Below are positions 1-10,372 of a DNA stretch of 64,000 bases, piece by piece (position 1 is the stretch's first letter; the number at the start of each line of letters is the position of its first letter). Both the position numbers and the translations under genes were made by a program. The notes under the pieces are model-generated. The model was given only the letters and a program-made list of their open reading frames with translations. It was not told the origin of the DNA and did not search any database. This DNA comes from Candidatus Gottesmanbacteria bacterium UBA5942. GTDB lineage: Bacteria > Patescibacteriota > Microgenomatia > UBA10105 > UBA927. The DNA is taken from assembly GCA_002430725.1 (NCBI GenBank), contig DJCU01000035.1, forward strand, positions 19,324 through 83,323. The letters are read 5' to 3'.

Positions 1-362
1 CGCTGGTATGCATCTGTTTTCTGTGCAGATGCATCTACCCGTATCCCCCCGTCATATATACACTCACTTTTATCGGATAACACACTTTTTATGAGTAAAT
101 TACTTGTCGTCCTTGGAGCCTGATGATGTTGGAGTGTATGGATTTGTATCTTCGCTGACTTCGTTCCTTTTACTAATCCCACAACAGTGGCAGACGAGCC
201 ATCACCCACTAGATGAACACTTGGCGTAAGATCAATTTCACCACTACTGACAACAAAATATACAAGTGTCAGATGAGCTGAAGCCGCGACCTTATAATCC
301 TCGCGAATTGTACCGCTTTCGATAGTGCGGACAATGAGCGTGTTTGTTTTAACTGATTTCAT
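1..362 (-). CDS. sufD: SufD-family Fe-S assembly protein, 3' part runs off the window
   Basis: Hand translation from ATG at 362 (ATGA overlap with the sufB stop): MKSVKTNTLIVRT...VHLVGDGSSATV...TLQHHQAPRTTSNLLIKSVLSDKSECIYDGGIRV...QKTDAYQ. Follows sufC-sufB. Not in the ORF track. Confidence 0.85.
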   Translation of the reverse strand, partial: MKSVKTNTLIVRTIESGTIREDYKVAASAHLTLVYFVVSSGEIDLTPSVHLVGDGSSATVVGLVKGTKSAKIQIHTLQHHQAPRTTSNLLIKSVLSDKSECIYDGGIRVDASAQKTDAYQ

Positions 363-1756
363 CCGACAGACCCCTCCATTTGTAATTGTATTAATCTGTT
401 CATTTCTACCGCGTATTCAAGTGGCAATTCTTTAACTATTGGTTCTATAAACCCGTTTACGATCATCGACTGCGCTATTTCCTTGGTCACTCCACGACTC
501 TGAAGATAAAAAAGCTGTTCGTCACCAATTTTGGATACCGTTGCTTCGTGCTCTATTTGCGTCCTCGCCTCACCGATTTTCATAGTGGGATATGTATCAG
601 ATCGTGAAGTTTCGTCCAGTATAAGCGCGTCACATACAACTTTTGATTTACAATCTTTTGCTCCAGCAAACACCTCTACCAAGCCGCGATACGATGTGCG
701 CCCACCCCCGCGACTTATCGACTTAGAAATTATCTGTGACGTTGTCTCCGAAGCATAGTGTACCGCTTTTCCACCAGCATCCTGATGCTGACCTGCGCCT
801 GCATACGCGATTGATAATACCTCGCCTCTCGCTTTCCGACCCATAAGGTAAACACTGGGGTATTTCATCGTGATTTTACTCCCCAGATTTCCATCCACCC
901 ATTCCATAGTGCCTTCTTCCTCTACTCTCGCACGCTTCGTGACCAAATTGTACACATTTGAGCTCCAATTTTGGATAGTGGTATAACGTACGCGTGCACC
1001 CTTTTTGACGATAATTTCTACTACCGCTGAGTGAAGAGAGTCTGTACTATAAATCGGTGCGGTGCACCCTTCCACATAGTGCACATAACTCCCTTCTTCC
1101 GCAATGATGAGTGTGCGTTCAAACTGTCCCATGTTAGCGGCGTTGATACGAAAATATGCTTGTAATGGCAAATCGACATGCACGCCACGAGGCACATATA
1201 CAAACGACCCTCCACTCCACACACATGTATTTAACGCGGCAAATTTATTATCTCCAGAAGGAATAACTGTTCCAAAATATTGTCGTACTAAATCAGGGTA
1301 TTCACGAAGTGCGGAATCCATATCAAGAAAAATAACTCCTTTTTTGGACAATGTAGACTGGATGCTTTTATACACCACTTCGCTTTCGTACTGCGCAGAT
1401 ACTCCTGACAAAAATTTTTTTTCGGCTTCCGGTATCCCGATCCTATCGTAGGTATCGCGTATTTCAGGGGGTAAATCCTCCCATTTGTTTGCCTTTTTGT
1501 CGGTGGGTCTTATGTAGTAATAAATATCATTAAAATCAATGGTTGAAAGATCAGCGCCCCACATTGGCATGCTTTTCATACCAAAAATTTTGTACGCCAT
1601 GAGCCTTCGCTCGCGCATCCATCGTGGTTCTCTTTTTTGATCACTGATGTTTGATACTACTGCCTCGTCCAAACCCTTGTTGGATTTAAACAAATAGTTT
1701 TCAGGCTTATGAAATCCGTATTTGTATCTGCTGCTTATCGGTGATTTTTGCCCCAT
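359..1756 (-). CDS. sufB: Fe-S cluster assembly protein SufB
   Basis: AQYESEVVY, WSGGSF, GQFERTLII, YVEGCTAP, LHSAVVE, EHEA motifs. Confidence 0.97.
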   Translation of the reverse strand: MGQKSPISSRYKYGFHKPENYLFKSNKGLDEAVVSNISDQKREPRWMRERRLMAYKIFGMKSMPMWGADLSTIDFNDIYYYIRPTDKKANKWEDLPPEIRDTYDRIGIPEAEKKFLSGVSAQYESEVVYKSIQSTLSKKGVIFLDMDSALREYPDLVRQYFGTVIPSGDNKFAALNTCVWSGGSFVYVPRGVHVDLPLQAYFRINAANMGQFERTLIIAEEGSYVHYVEGCTAPIYSTDSLHSAVVEIIVKKGARVRYTTIQNWSSNVYNLVTKRARVEEEGTMEWVDGNLGSKITMKYPSVYLMGRKARGEVLSIAYAGAGQHQDAGGKAVHYASETTSQIISKSISRGGGRTSYRGLVEVFAGAKDCKSKVVCDALILDETSRSDTYPTMKIGEARTQIEHEATVSKIGDEQLFYLQSRGVTKEIAQSMIVNGFIEPIVKELPLEYAVEMNRLIQLQMEGSVG

Positions 1757-1784
1757 AGGTTATAGAAGAAAAACCAAAAATAAC

Positions 1785-2591
1785 TTACTTTATATACGCG
1801 CTATACCCGTGTTGTTCTATTTTTTTTGCTAATTTCGCGTCTCCACGATCTACCAACTTGCCCGCTACTAACACATGAACATAATCAGGGCGTGCATATC
1901 GGAGTATACGCTGATAATGAGTGATAATAAGCACTCCCACTCCATTTGCCCGCAGCACCTCAATCCCCTTTGATACAGAGCGCAATGCATCGACATCCAG
2001 GCCAGTATCTATTTCATCAAAAATTGCTGCCTTTCGGGGTAACACGAGCGCTTGAAGCATTTCAATTTTTTTCTTTTCTCCTCCCGAAAATCCCTCATGT
2101 ATACTTCTTCGCAATAGCTCCTCTGATAACCTTAGAGTTTTCGCGTGTTTTTGCACCATATCAGTAAACTCACCTATAGACATACCTCCTACCTGAAACC
2201 TGCGAGCGAGTGCAGGATTTTGTACAGAGGCTGCCTTTGTATTTTTTTGAGGTAAATGCGCTTCATAAGCCGTCCGAAGCAAATTCATGACAGTAACTCC
2301 AGGAATTGCGATAGGCGACTGAAATGCCAAAAATAATCCAGCAAGCGATCGTTTTTCAGGAGTCATGGGAAGGATATTTTTCCCATCGATCATAATCGAG
2401 GACTTTTTTTTACCTCTATTTGAAGTCTCATAAGCCGGATGCCCAAGAAGCACAGAAGCCAATGTCGATTTACCACTACCATTTGGCCCCATGATGGCGT
2501 GTACTTCACCTGCCTTCACAGTCATGGATAACCCATGCAATATCTCTTTTCCATCAACGCTTGCGTGTAAATTTGAAATAACAAGTTTCAT
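1785..2591 (-). CDS. sufC: Fe-S assembly ATPase SufC
   Basis: GPNGSGKST, FSGGEKK, DEIDTGLD, ITHYQR; adjacent to sufB. Confidence 0.95.
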   Translation of the reverse strand: MKLVISNLHASVDGKEILHGLSMTVKAGEVHAIMGPNGSGKSTLASVLLGHPAYETSNRGKKKSSIMIDGKNILPMTPEKRSLAGLFLAFQSPIAIPGVTVMNLLRTAYEAHLPQKNTKAASVQNPALARRFQVGGMSIGEFTDMVQKHAKTLRLSEELLRRSIHEGFSGGEKKKIEMLQALVLPRKAAIFDEIDTGLDVDALRSVSKGIEVLRANGVGVLIITHYQRILRYARPDYVHVLVAGKLVDRGDAKLAKKIEQHGYSAYIK

Positions 2592-3361
2592 AATCGATCA
2601 GAAATACGGTCATTTTTACCCATAAATATTTCGGTGACCCCACTGAAACGCTGGATAAAATATTCTTGCTTCAAAAACGGGTTACTTGGAACACTCAGAT
2701 GCTGCTCGATTTCTTCGATCTGACTCTGATGAGACCTAAGCGCGCTAATTTTTGCGGTCTTCACTCTGCTTATATCTATAACTGTGGTAATGCGCTTATC
2801 TTCAACCCCAATCATGGGCTTATCAAACGACTCTTCGGGAATATATTTTTTCTTCACAAAATAAGAAACGATGCTTTCTGGCATGCACCCGAAATACAAT
2901 TTCGGTGGATTATCGTCTGCCGGATTTAAGGCTTTTTTCTCCCATGCATATTTTTGAAACGCAAACGTAGTCGCAAGCGTAAGTTTTATATGGTCAGGAT
3001 GATTGGTAATACCTGCGGGTTCAAAGGTGAGCACAACATCTGGAACATATTCCATAAGTATGCGGGTAATTTTCTCCTCGATTTCCCCTGGGGGCATAGC
3101 ACTTAGCGCACCATCTTTATAATCCAAAAACTTCGTTGATCGAACACCGAGTGCGAGAGCAGCAGACTCCAATTCTTTTTGTCTGATCGAACCAAACTGT
3201 ACATCATCGATATCTTTATATTCCCCTCTCACCCCTTTTTCGCCGCGAGTCGCGCACACAAGGTCAGCTTGCCAACCAGCCTTCACGTATTTGGCGATAG
3301 TACCGCCCGCCATATAGGATTCATCATCCGGATGTGCAAATATCCCCAGTAGCTTCTTCAT
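2588..3361 (-). CDS. PIG-L/LmbE (BshB/MshB-like) deacetylase
   Basis: AHPDDE, TRGE, HPDH, HQSQ motifs. Confidence 0.9.
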   Translation of the reverse strand: MKKLLGIFAHPDDESYMAGGTIAKYVKAGWQADLVCATRGEKGVRGEYKDIDDVQFGSIRQKELESAALALGVRSTKFLDYKDGALSAMPPGEIEEKITRILMEYVPDVVLTFEPAGITNHPDHIKLTLATTFAFQKYAWEKKALNPADDNPPKLYFGCMPESIVSYFVKKKYIPEESFDKPMIGVEDKRITTVIDISRVKTAKISALRSHQSQIEEIEQHLSVPSNPFLKQEYFIQRFSGVTEIFMGKNDRISDRL

Positions 3362-3398
3362 GGGACGTATAGTAACCTATTTCACAAAAAAGAGAAAC

Positions 3399-3608
3399 TT
3401 ATTTCTTTACGGTGAGTATTTTAACCACCCAATATGCGGCAGCAACACCGATAAGCGTATAGGTTGCCCGCATCAACCATGGGTTCGTGCTAAATACGAC
3501 CTGCACGAGGTCAAATTGAAACACACCTACTAATCCCCAGTTTAACGCGCCAATGACAGTAAGTACCCACGCTGCCCATTCAAGCTCAGACATTTTTATT
3601 TTCATCAT
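3399..3608 (-). CDS. DUF378-family small membrane protein
   Basis: IGALNWGLVG..FDLV signature; AAAGGAGG SD upstream. Confidence 0.85.
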   Translation of the reverse strand: MMKIKMSELEWAAWVLTVIGALNWGLVGVFQFDLVQVVFSTNPWLMRATYTLIGVAAAYWVVKILTVKK

Positions 3609-3695
3609 ATTTTTCCTCCTTTTGTCATCATATCATGAGTAGTGCACACAGCATGATTGACTAATTCTTCCTATCTATTATTATATAAGCAATAT

Positions 3696-4073
3696 ATGAA
3701 ACTACGGGCAAAGATGCTTTCTGTCATTATTTGGTCAGAAAATCACGAGAAACTCGCCAAATGGTACGAGGATGTATTGGGCTTTACTGTCCGCGAGGTG
3801 ACGACACATCCCGATGACTCGTGTATTGGATTTGATTTCGGTGATACATATTTTTCTATCGGCAGACACGATAAAGTGCACGGAACTAATAAAGACCCAT
3901 ACCGCATCATGGTTGGTTTTCCGGTTGATAGCGTTTCTGCCGCGTACGAAGAAATAAAAGACAAAGACATCACGTGGATAGCTAAACCATTTCTCGCTCC
4001 AACTGGAGCTACGTGGTGTATGACTATTGCAGACCCCGAAGGAAATATCCTTCAATTTTTTGGCCAAAAATAA
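3696..4073 (+). CDS. VOC/glyoxalase family protein
   Basis: WYEDVLGF and C-terminal DPEGNIL; start moved to the in-frame ATG at 3696. Confidence 0.85.
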   Translation: MKLRAKMLSVIIWSENHEKLAKWYEDVLGFTVREVTTHPDDSCIGFDFGDTYFSIGRHDKVHGTNKDPYRIMVGFPVDSVSAAYEEIKDKDITWIAKPFLAPTGATWCMTIADPEGNILQFFGQK

Positions 4074-4154
4074 TCCTCACAATCCGCAAAATTAAATAAA
4101 CACTAGCCAATACGCGTTTTATTTTGTACGATAAAATACAAGAAAGGAAGCATT

Positions 4155-4607
4155 ATGAAAAATAATATTCTGATAGTGTTGGCGCTTCTCGTTTTAGGAG
4201 CAGGAGCAATTTGGTTTGTCAGTCAATCGAGTCAACCAGCGGCTAGCGATACCGAACAATCAATGGGTGCAAGCACACCAGCACCTGTATCTGATTCGCA
4301 GGGTTCAACCGAAAACATAACCCCCGATGGCGTTCGAGAAATTACCATCGAAGGGAGTGAGTTTGCATTTTCTTTGAGTACTCTTGCTTTCAAAGTAGGG
4401 CAACCAGTACGACTAACATTTAAAAACGCGGGCGAGATGCCACACGACTGGGTCATCGATGAACTAGGCGTACGCACAAAAATAATTGAAAGCAATCAAG
4501 AAGATGTCATAGAATTTACTCCGGATAAAGCTGGAACTTTTGAATACTACTGTTCTGTCGGCAAACACAGAGAGATGGGCATGAAAGGCATGCTCACAGT
4601 GGAGTAA
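4155..4607 (+). CDS. Membrane-anchored cupredoxin (type 1 copper site)
   Basis: N-terminal hydrophobic helix; PHDW ... YYCSVGKHREMGM (His, Cys, His, Met ligands). Confidence 0.85.
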   Translation: MKNNILIVLALLVLGAGAIWFVSQSSQPAASDTEQSMGASTPAPVSDSQGSTENITPDGVREITIEGSEFAFSLSTLAFKVGQPVRLTFKNAGEMPHDWVIDELGVRTKIIESNQEDVIEFTPDKAGTFEYYCSVGKHREMGMKGMLTVE

Positions 4608-4633
4608 AAAACGTAGGGTACATTTACTATTGT

Positions 4634-4662
4634 CATCAGCCTCCGAAAACAGGGGGCTGATG
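4634..4662. terminator. Hairpin between convergent genes
   Basis: CATCAGCCTCC / GGGGGCTGATG inverted repeat. Confidence 0.55.
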
Positions 4663-4667
4663 TTCTA

Positions 4668-4940
4668 TTAGGGAGCTACAGTTTCTTTTTTGCGGAGCAC
4701 AATATTTCGTGCATAGATAAATAGAGCAAGAAATTGCGCGGTGATAAATACAATATCCTCTCGCTTGATAGCATATACCAAAATCATCACCGACCCGATG
4801 ATACTCAAGTACCAAAATGACAAAGGGATAACGCTCTTTTTTTCTTTTTCAGATGCCCACCATTGCACCGCAAACCGCAGAAAAAAAACAAATTGCGCGA
4901 GAAAACCAAATATTACCCAGGCATCAATGGTTATATTCAT
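4668..4940 (-). CDS. LAB_N-domain small membrane protein
   Basis: GFLAQFVFFLRFAVQWWASEK...SVIPLSFWYLS. Confidence 0.85.
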   Translation of the reverse strand: MNITIDAWVIFGFLAQFVFFLRFAVQWWASEKEKKSVIPLSFWYLSIIGSVMILVYAIKREDIVFITAQFLALFIYARNIVLRKKETVAP

Positions 4941-5865
4941 ATGTAATTATTTCTGAAACAGGTGACCGCCGCTGGTTGGTAGAAATACTGGTAATAAGCT
5001 CCCCCAGTAGTCCGGTGGATAATAATTGTAAACCAAACAACACAAACAACACACCAAAAAGCAACAACGGTCGTGTCCCTATACTCTGACCCATAAAATG
5101 GAGCACAGATAAATACCCAATAGCAAACGTTCCTGTTGCGATAAGTAATACCCCCGGAGGGCCAAATATCATAAGCGGCCGAGTACCGAATCCTGCTAAA
5201 AATAGCGTGGTGAGCAAATCAAATGCCGCAAAAATCCTCTCAAAACCAAACTTAGAAGTGCCATACTTACGCGGATGATGAACAATGGGAGTTTCCCCCA
5301 CTTTAAATCCTCTCGCGTATGCGAGTACTGGAACGAAACGATGTAACTCACCGTATAAATGTATCTCTTTGGCAACATCAGATTTCATCGCCTTCAATCC
5401 TGAATTCATATCATGAAGTCGAACTCCAGACGCCATAGCTACACCCCAGTTAAATAGATGTGACACGCCTAATTTACCACCCGAGTCTCTGCGCTTCCTC
5501 CGCCACCCCACTACCAGATCAAAGCCTTCGTCCAATTTTTTTATGAGTTTCGTGGCTTCAAATGGATCATCCTGTAAATCTGCATCTAGAGTAACGACTA
5601 CATCACCTGTTATATGGCGAAACCCTTCCGATAATGCCGCTGATTTCCCAGAACGCCTTCGAAGTCGAACAAGTGTTGCCTGGAAATTCATTTTTTTCCG
5701 AAGCGCAACCAATTTCTGAAACGAACCATCGGTGCTCCCATCATCCACAAAAACACACTCAAATACATAACCCCGAAATGCACGCGTGACTGCGTCAACA
5801 AGCTCACCTAAGCTTTCTTTTTCATTAAACAATGGCACAACAATGCTTACCTTACGTTGTTTCAT
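4924..5865 (-). CDS. GT2 polyprenyl-phosphate glycosyltransferase (ArnC/DPM-like)
   Basis: VVPLFNE, DDGSTD, LDADLQDDP, GELHRF; two C-terminal TM helices. Confidence 0.9.
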   Translation of the reverse strand: MKQRKVSIVVPLFNEKESLGELVDAVTRAFRGYVFECVFVDDGSTDGSFQKLVALRKKMNFQATLVRLRRRSGKSAALSEGFRHITGDVVVTLDADLQDDPFEATKLIKKLDEGFDLVVGWRRKRRDSGGKLGVSHLFNWGVAMASGVRLHDMNSGLKAMKSDVAKEIHLYGELHRFVPVLAYARGFKVGETPIVHHPRKYGTSKFGFERIFAAFDLLTTLFLAGFGTRPLMIFGPPGVLLIATGTFAIGYLSVLHFMGQSIGTRPLLLFGVLFVLFGLQLLSTGLLGELITSISTNQRRSPVSEIITYEYNH

Positions 5866-7358
5866 TTGTTTTTCCTTTCAAAGGCATAAAAATTTTCGTC
5901 TTGCGCTATCAATATATGATCAGAACTCTTTAACAAAGCTTCCACCGCTTGTTGTTGCTCATCCCCACTTGGCCATGCATATTGATCACCCAAGCGCACC
6001 ACTGCATAGTCGGCAGTCATCGCATGTACCGGAAAATTATATAAATATTTCCGCTTAGCAAAATGCGCCCCAATATCGTTTGTTGCCGATACAGTATACA
6101 TTGGTAGCAATCTATCTTCCACTTGCTTCATCGTATTTTTTTCCGGCAATCCCCAGATAAAGTAAAAAAACCTATCTTCACGAGTGAGAGGCAACTCACC
6201 CCACAAATATGATCCTAGTGCCATACAAAAAATCACCACACCTACCGGGTGTACATGTGCTCGCTTTTTTTTACCTCTATTCTGTAAAACGAATGAAACT
6301 ATATTTTTATAACCGTACACCGCGCTCACAAAAAGAAACGGAATAATATCGCTATTGTACTGGTAGTCAATTTGGCGCATCAGGGTGTAACTACTGAGCG
6401 TGTTTATCACTATACTATGAGCAGCAAACAGAAGAGCAAATGGCGAAAATATTGGTAAAAATCCAACCGGCAACAACAAGCGATAATAGTATTCCAGCCT
6501 ATCTGGTTGTATAAGCGTAAGAAATACCATATTGGGATGTCGAAGCACATTCCATACGACACTGGTTGCATTGTCGCCGTATTCAGAAAGATACTGCAGC
6601 GCGAAATGTTGTCCGCTTATCGTTACTGCAGGGATGGCATGCCAAAAAAGGTAATAAAATATAAAAAACGCCACCATAGCGACACTTCCTCCCAATACTT
6701 TTCTATTTTGCCATATCGCTATATACAAACCCATGAGTCCAACCGTAATCCAAACCGTTTCTTTTCCTAAGCCCGCAAAAAACGCAAATAATATAAATAA
6801 CCCATAGCGCTTATTAACCATGAACCAATACGCAAATAGCAAAAAAGTTGTGGCAAATGCTACTGCATGAAAATCGTGCAGCATGATGTGTTGAAGCGGC
6901 GGATACAGTAAATACGCAATAGAAAACAACAAACCAAAATATGGCGAACGAAGCTTGTCTTTCGCTATCCAATAAAGTGGTAACGCACCAAGACAAATAA
7001 TGATATTTTGAATAAGAATGAGCATTTTTGCGTCTTGCCACAGCATATAAAACGGCACCATAAAAATAAGAAGAAAGTCTGCATGCACCGCGAGCCTAGA
7101 AATATTTTCTGTTCCCATCGGGTCAGTAAGAGTAAACCCATTCCCATGTGCTAAATTCCACACCGTTTGCTCCATGTTTCCCATGTCTAGTCTTCGGGAA
7201 TGAAAATTATCGTGTCGATTAAAAGCGACATAAGAAAAATAAACTGAAAAAATGATGATAAACGACCAAAGGATAAACAAAGGAGAAATATGACGGAATA
7301 TAGCGCGTAGTAAATACATCAGTGCATGTGATAAATCAGTATGTGGAGTGTACCACAA
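5862..7358 (-). CDS. DUF2079-like polytopic membrane protein (putative GT-C)
   Basis: LDMGNMEQ, LAVH, DFH, KE motifs; many TM segments. Confidence 0.75.
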   Translation of the reverse strand: MWYTPHTDLSHALMYLLRAIFRHISPLFILWSFIIIFSVYFSYVAFNRHDNFHSRRLDMGNMEQTVWNLAHGNGFTLTDPMGTENISRLAVHADFLLIFMVPFYMLWQDAKMLILIQNIIICLGALPLYWIAKDKLRSPYFGLLFSIAYLLYPPLQHIMLHDFHAVAFATTFLLFAYWFMVNKRYGLFILFAFFAGLGKETVWITVGLMGLYIAIWQNRKVLGGSVAMVAFFIFYYLFWHAIPAVTISGQHFALQYLSEYGDNATSVVWNVLRHPNMVFLTLIQPDRLEYYYRLLLPVGFLPIFSPFALLFAAHSIVINTLSSYTLMRQIDYQYNSDIIPFLFVSAVYGYKNIVSFVLQNRGKKKRAHVHPVGVVIFCMALGSYLWGELPLTREDRFFYFIWGLPEKNTMKQVEDRLLPMYTVSATNDIGAHFAKRKYLYNFPVHAMTADYAVVRLGDQYAWPSGDEQQQAVEALLKSSDHILIAQDENFYAFERKNK

Positions 7359-7360
7359 GA

Positions 7361-8047
7361 TTACGTAACAACAACACTTATAGGCAAATGATCAGACGCT
7401 TGAGATGTCTCAGCCTGAAAATTTTTTATGGGGACATCGGCTGTGGTAAAAATATAATCCAGCTTCCATTCAACACTCTCTGGCTTACACACCTTACATC
7501 CATCTGGATACAGACACCATGATGGTGTATCGGACGCATCTGTATCTCCAAATGCCCGGCGCATAATCCCGATAGCTTCACTTTCTGGCAGAGCATTGAA
7601 GTCTCCCATAATAACAACTCTCTTTTTGGGTACTGCTTGTACCAAACTGGTTACCTGCTCTACTTGTACAGGTGAAGGCTGTTGATGAGCGTGAATAATA
7701 TGTACAGAAACAACATGTAATATGTTGCCAGCAATATCAATATCTGCTTGTACTGCGGTACGCGATTGTTCGCGAGACAAAACATGCGTGGTGTGTGTAA
7801 GAATGGGATATTTGCTAAGTACCGCGTTTCCGCGATATGCTTCTTGCTCACCATTGTTATAGCGCATGGAACGCGCGTATACATAGCTGTAACCCAATTT
7901 TTGTGCAATATATTGGGCTGTATTACTACCATCAGCCTGCTCCTCCACTTCTTGTAGCGCGACTATGTCAGCGCCTACTGAAGCAAGAAAATCAATAACG
8001 CCCGGTAAATATTTTCCTCCCCAAATATTCCATGACAACAATTTCAT
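7361..8047 (-). CDS. Endonuclease/exonuclease/phosphatase family protein
   Basis: SWNI, LQEV, GDFN, LDYIF, SDHLP. Confidence 0.92.
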   Translation of the reverse strand: MKLLSWNIWGGKYLPGVIDFLASVGADIVALQEVEEQADGSNTAQYIAQKLGYSYVYARSMRYNNGEQEAYRGNAVLSKYPILTHTTHVLSREQSRTAVQADIDIAGNILHVVSVHIIHAHQQPSPVQVEQVTSLVQAVPKKRVVIMGDFNALPESEAIGIMRRAFGDTDASDTPSWCLYPDGCKVCKPESVEWKLDYIFTTADVPIKNFQAETSQASDHLPISVVVT

Positions 8048-8056
8048 AATGTTAAA

Positions 8057-8578
8057 CTACACCGTAAGCGTTTTTTGGTAATACGCGGTATTACGATACC
8101 CTTCATCAAGCACTCGAACCAGGATAAAACCATGTGATGCATATATATTTGTTAACTTTGGCTCATCAGCGTTTGTATCTACTCTTATCAGGGAAACGTC
8201 CGACATACGAGCGAGTTTTTCGGCATGCTCTATGAGTCGAGCGGGTAATCCAGTTCCTGCAAATTGACGGGATACACAAAGCCAATGGATATACAGCGCT
8301 TTCGCGGGCTTATTACCATCAATTATTTCCCACTGATTGCTATCGGTAATTTGTAATACCGCGGAAGCTGCCGGCACGCCATGTATCATCACGACATAAA
8401 ATTCTTCAGCTTTGACGAAACGCAGGAGAAATTCTGGAGTAAGATTTTTCTGTTGCCACCACTTGTTGGGGTTTTTGCCACTTTCTTCTAGCCATTTACT
8501 CGCTTCTTTCATAACGAGCAACGAACTCTTCATGTCACGTACGATAAGTATGTTGTCTGAGGCCTTCATGACGGTCAT
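8057..8578 (-). CDS. GNAT acetyltransferase
   Basis: LYIHWLCVSRQFAGTGL, YASHGF. Confidence 0.8.
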   Translation of the reverse strand: MTVMKASDNILIVRDMKSSLLVMKEASKWLEESGKNPNKWWQQKNLTPEFLLRFVKAEEFYVVMIHGVPAASAVLQITDSNQWEIIDGNKPAKALYIHWLCVSRQFAGTGLPARLIEHAEKLARMSDVSLIRVDTNADEPKLTNIYASHGFILVRVLDEGYRNTAYYQKTLTV

Positions 8579-9150
8579 TTTCTCATGATGATGTTAAGCA
8601 ACTCTCCCCTGCCTTCCAGGGTAAAAGATGAATACACGACCAGTGGTAATCCATCCATTTCTTCACGAATAAATTCAAGTTGTTTGTGACGATCACCCAT
8701 TTTGAGTTTGTCTACTTTATTCGCTACTACGACAAATGGGATATTCGCGTTGGTTAACAGCATAACAGACTCTCTATCATAATCGGTGACCCCCACTTTA
8801 GCATCGATAATGAGGATTGCTATTTTGTGGTTTACTTCTGATCGAAACAAATACCATGCGATAAGTTTTCGGTAGTGCTCAAGCGCTTCATGACTTCTTT
8901 TAGCAAATCCGTACCCTGGAAGATCGACAAAAAAGAGTCGCTGCTCCACGAGGAAAAAATCAAGTTTTACCGTTTTACCTGGTCTACTACTGGATCTGGC
9001 AAGCTGCTTCCCGACAAGCGAGTTAATCAAGCTGGATTTCCCCACGTTGGAGCGACCTAAAAATGTTACCTTCGGCCTATTATCTTTGATAATGTCGTCA
9101 GTACCATTGATACTTTTGACATACATTGCATCGAGTTGTGGTTGTGGCAT
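8575..9150 (-). CDS. engB: Ribosome biogenesis GTPase EngB/YihA
   Basis: GRSNVGKSS, PGKT, DLPGYGFA, NKVD. Confidence 0.92.
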   Translation of the reverse strand: MPQPQLDAMYVKSINGTDDIIKDNRPKVTFLGRSNVGKSSLINSLVGKQLARSSSRPGKTVKLDFFLVEQRLFFVDLPGYGFAKRSHEALEHYRKLIAWYLFRSEVNHKIAILIIDAKVGVTDYDRESVMLLTNANIPFVVVANKVDKLKMGDRHKQLEFIREEMDGLPLVVYSSFTLEGRGELLNIIMRK

Positions 9151-9168
9151 ACCTCCACAAAGTATACG

Positions 9169-10341
9169 TCATGGAGATGGAAAGATATAGAGCTCCTCTT
9201 CTGCTCTCGTAACCGCTGTATATAACCAACGCTTCCACTGATCATCGGTCATTTTCGTAAATCGTTCTTCAAATAGTATGACTCGCTTGGCTTGTGACCC
9301 TTGTGCTTTATGCACAGTGAGTGAGTAACCAAAGTCAAACAAATCAATACCATGAAACAACTTTCGATTTTCGGTAAAGTTTAATGCTGTATCAGCATTG
9401 AATTGATCGATAGCGATAAGTCCTTTGTACGTATCGCGCTCCCCATCTATTTCGATCTCCACATCATACGCCTGATGATTTTTAGGCTCTATGGAAAGAA
9501 TTGTCCCCAACATTCCGTTATATATTTTTGCCTTGTGGTTATTTCGTAGACATATCACCCTGTCACCGACTGTTGGAGCAGGACTTTCAAATCCTAAGGC
9601 GGAACGAATAAATGCGTTGAGCTTTTTTCTCGTTTTGTTATACCCACACAAGATAAGAGTTTTCGTATTGTAGTTTGTGAGCATCTCATTCATCACCTCA
9701 CCGGTTTCAGGATCATCACGATCGTATTTCACCACATATCTCGAATAACGACCCGGGGTAACCACCCCCTTTTCTCGTGCCATAATTGATAACTCTATAA
9801 TTGGATTTTGCCTCGCCTGTCTATGAATTTCTTCAAGCCGAAGCTGCGGCGTCTGCATAAGCGTAAAGTTTCCACTTATAGGCGGCAGTTGCCCGTGATC
9901 TCCCACCACAATCATGGGGACGCGATATGACACTAAATGTTCCCATATCGTCCTGTCTACCATAGAGCCTTCATCAATAATAATGAGATTTCGATCAATA
10001 GCTTCTTTGGTTTTCCAGCCAATTATTTCTTCTTGCGCATTAAGGATGGGTGTATAGATAAGCGAGTGAATAGTTCCTACGCTATCCTGTTTGTACATAA
10101 CATCTGCTTCTTTTATCTTGGTCTGCAGCACTCGCGCGGCTTTCCCAGTAAAACTGACAAAGCCAACTTTCAGTCCTGGGTCAATCTTGTGAAGCTCTCG
10201 CCTGATAACTCCGATAAGTGTCGTCTTTCCTGTTCCTGCGTAGCCACCAAGCGTGACATACTGCATCGCTTGTCTGTCTTTACGATACCACTCCAACACA
10301 TTATCTAACGCAGTTTTTTGATCATGGGATAGTTGCGGCAT
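9169..10341 (-). CDS. SF1B helicase, Dda/RecD-like
   Basis: GYAGTGKTT, IDEGSMV, GDHGQLPP, HRQ, TVHKAQGS, LYTAVTRA. Confidence 0.9.
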   Translation of the reverse strand: MPQLSHDQKTALDNVLEWYRKDRQAMQYVTLGGYAGTGKTTLIGVIRRELHKIDPGLKVGFVSFTGKAARVLQTKIKEADVMYKQDSVGTIHSLIYTPILNAQEEIIGWKTKEAIDRNLIIIDEGSMVDRTIWEHLVSYRVPMIVVGDHGQLPPISGNFTLMQTPQLRLEEIHRQARQNPIIELSIMAREKGVVTPGRYSRYVVKYDRDDPETGEVMNEMLTNYNTKTLILCGYNKTRKKLNAFIRSALGFESPAPTVGDRVICLRNNHKAKIYNGMLGTILSIEPKNHQAYDVEIEIDGERDTYKGLIAIDQFNADTALNFTENRKLFHGIDLFDFGYSLTVHKAQGSQAKRVILFEERFTKMTDDQWKRWLYTAVTRAEEELYIFPSP

Positions 10342-10372
10342 ACAAAAACTCACTATAGTGGAGGAACGTGGT

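Noticed and set aside
4668-4940. Lipid A biosynthesis
   Set aside because: Only the small LAB_N membrane domain is present; no lpx genes in the window.
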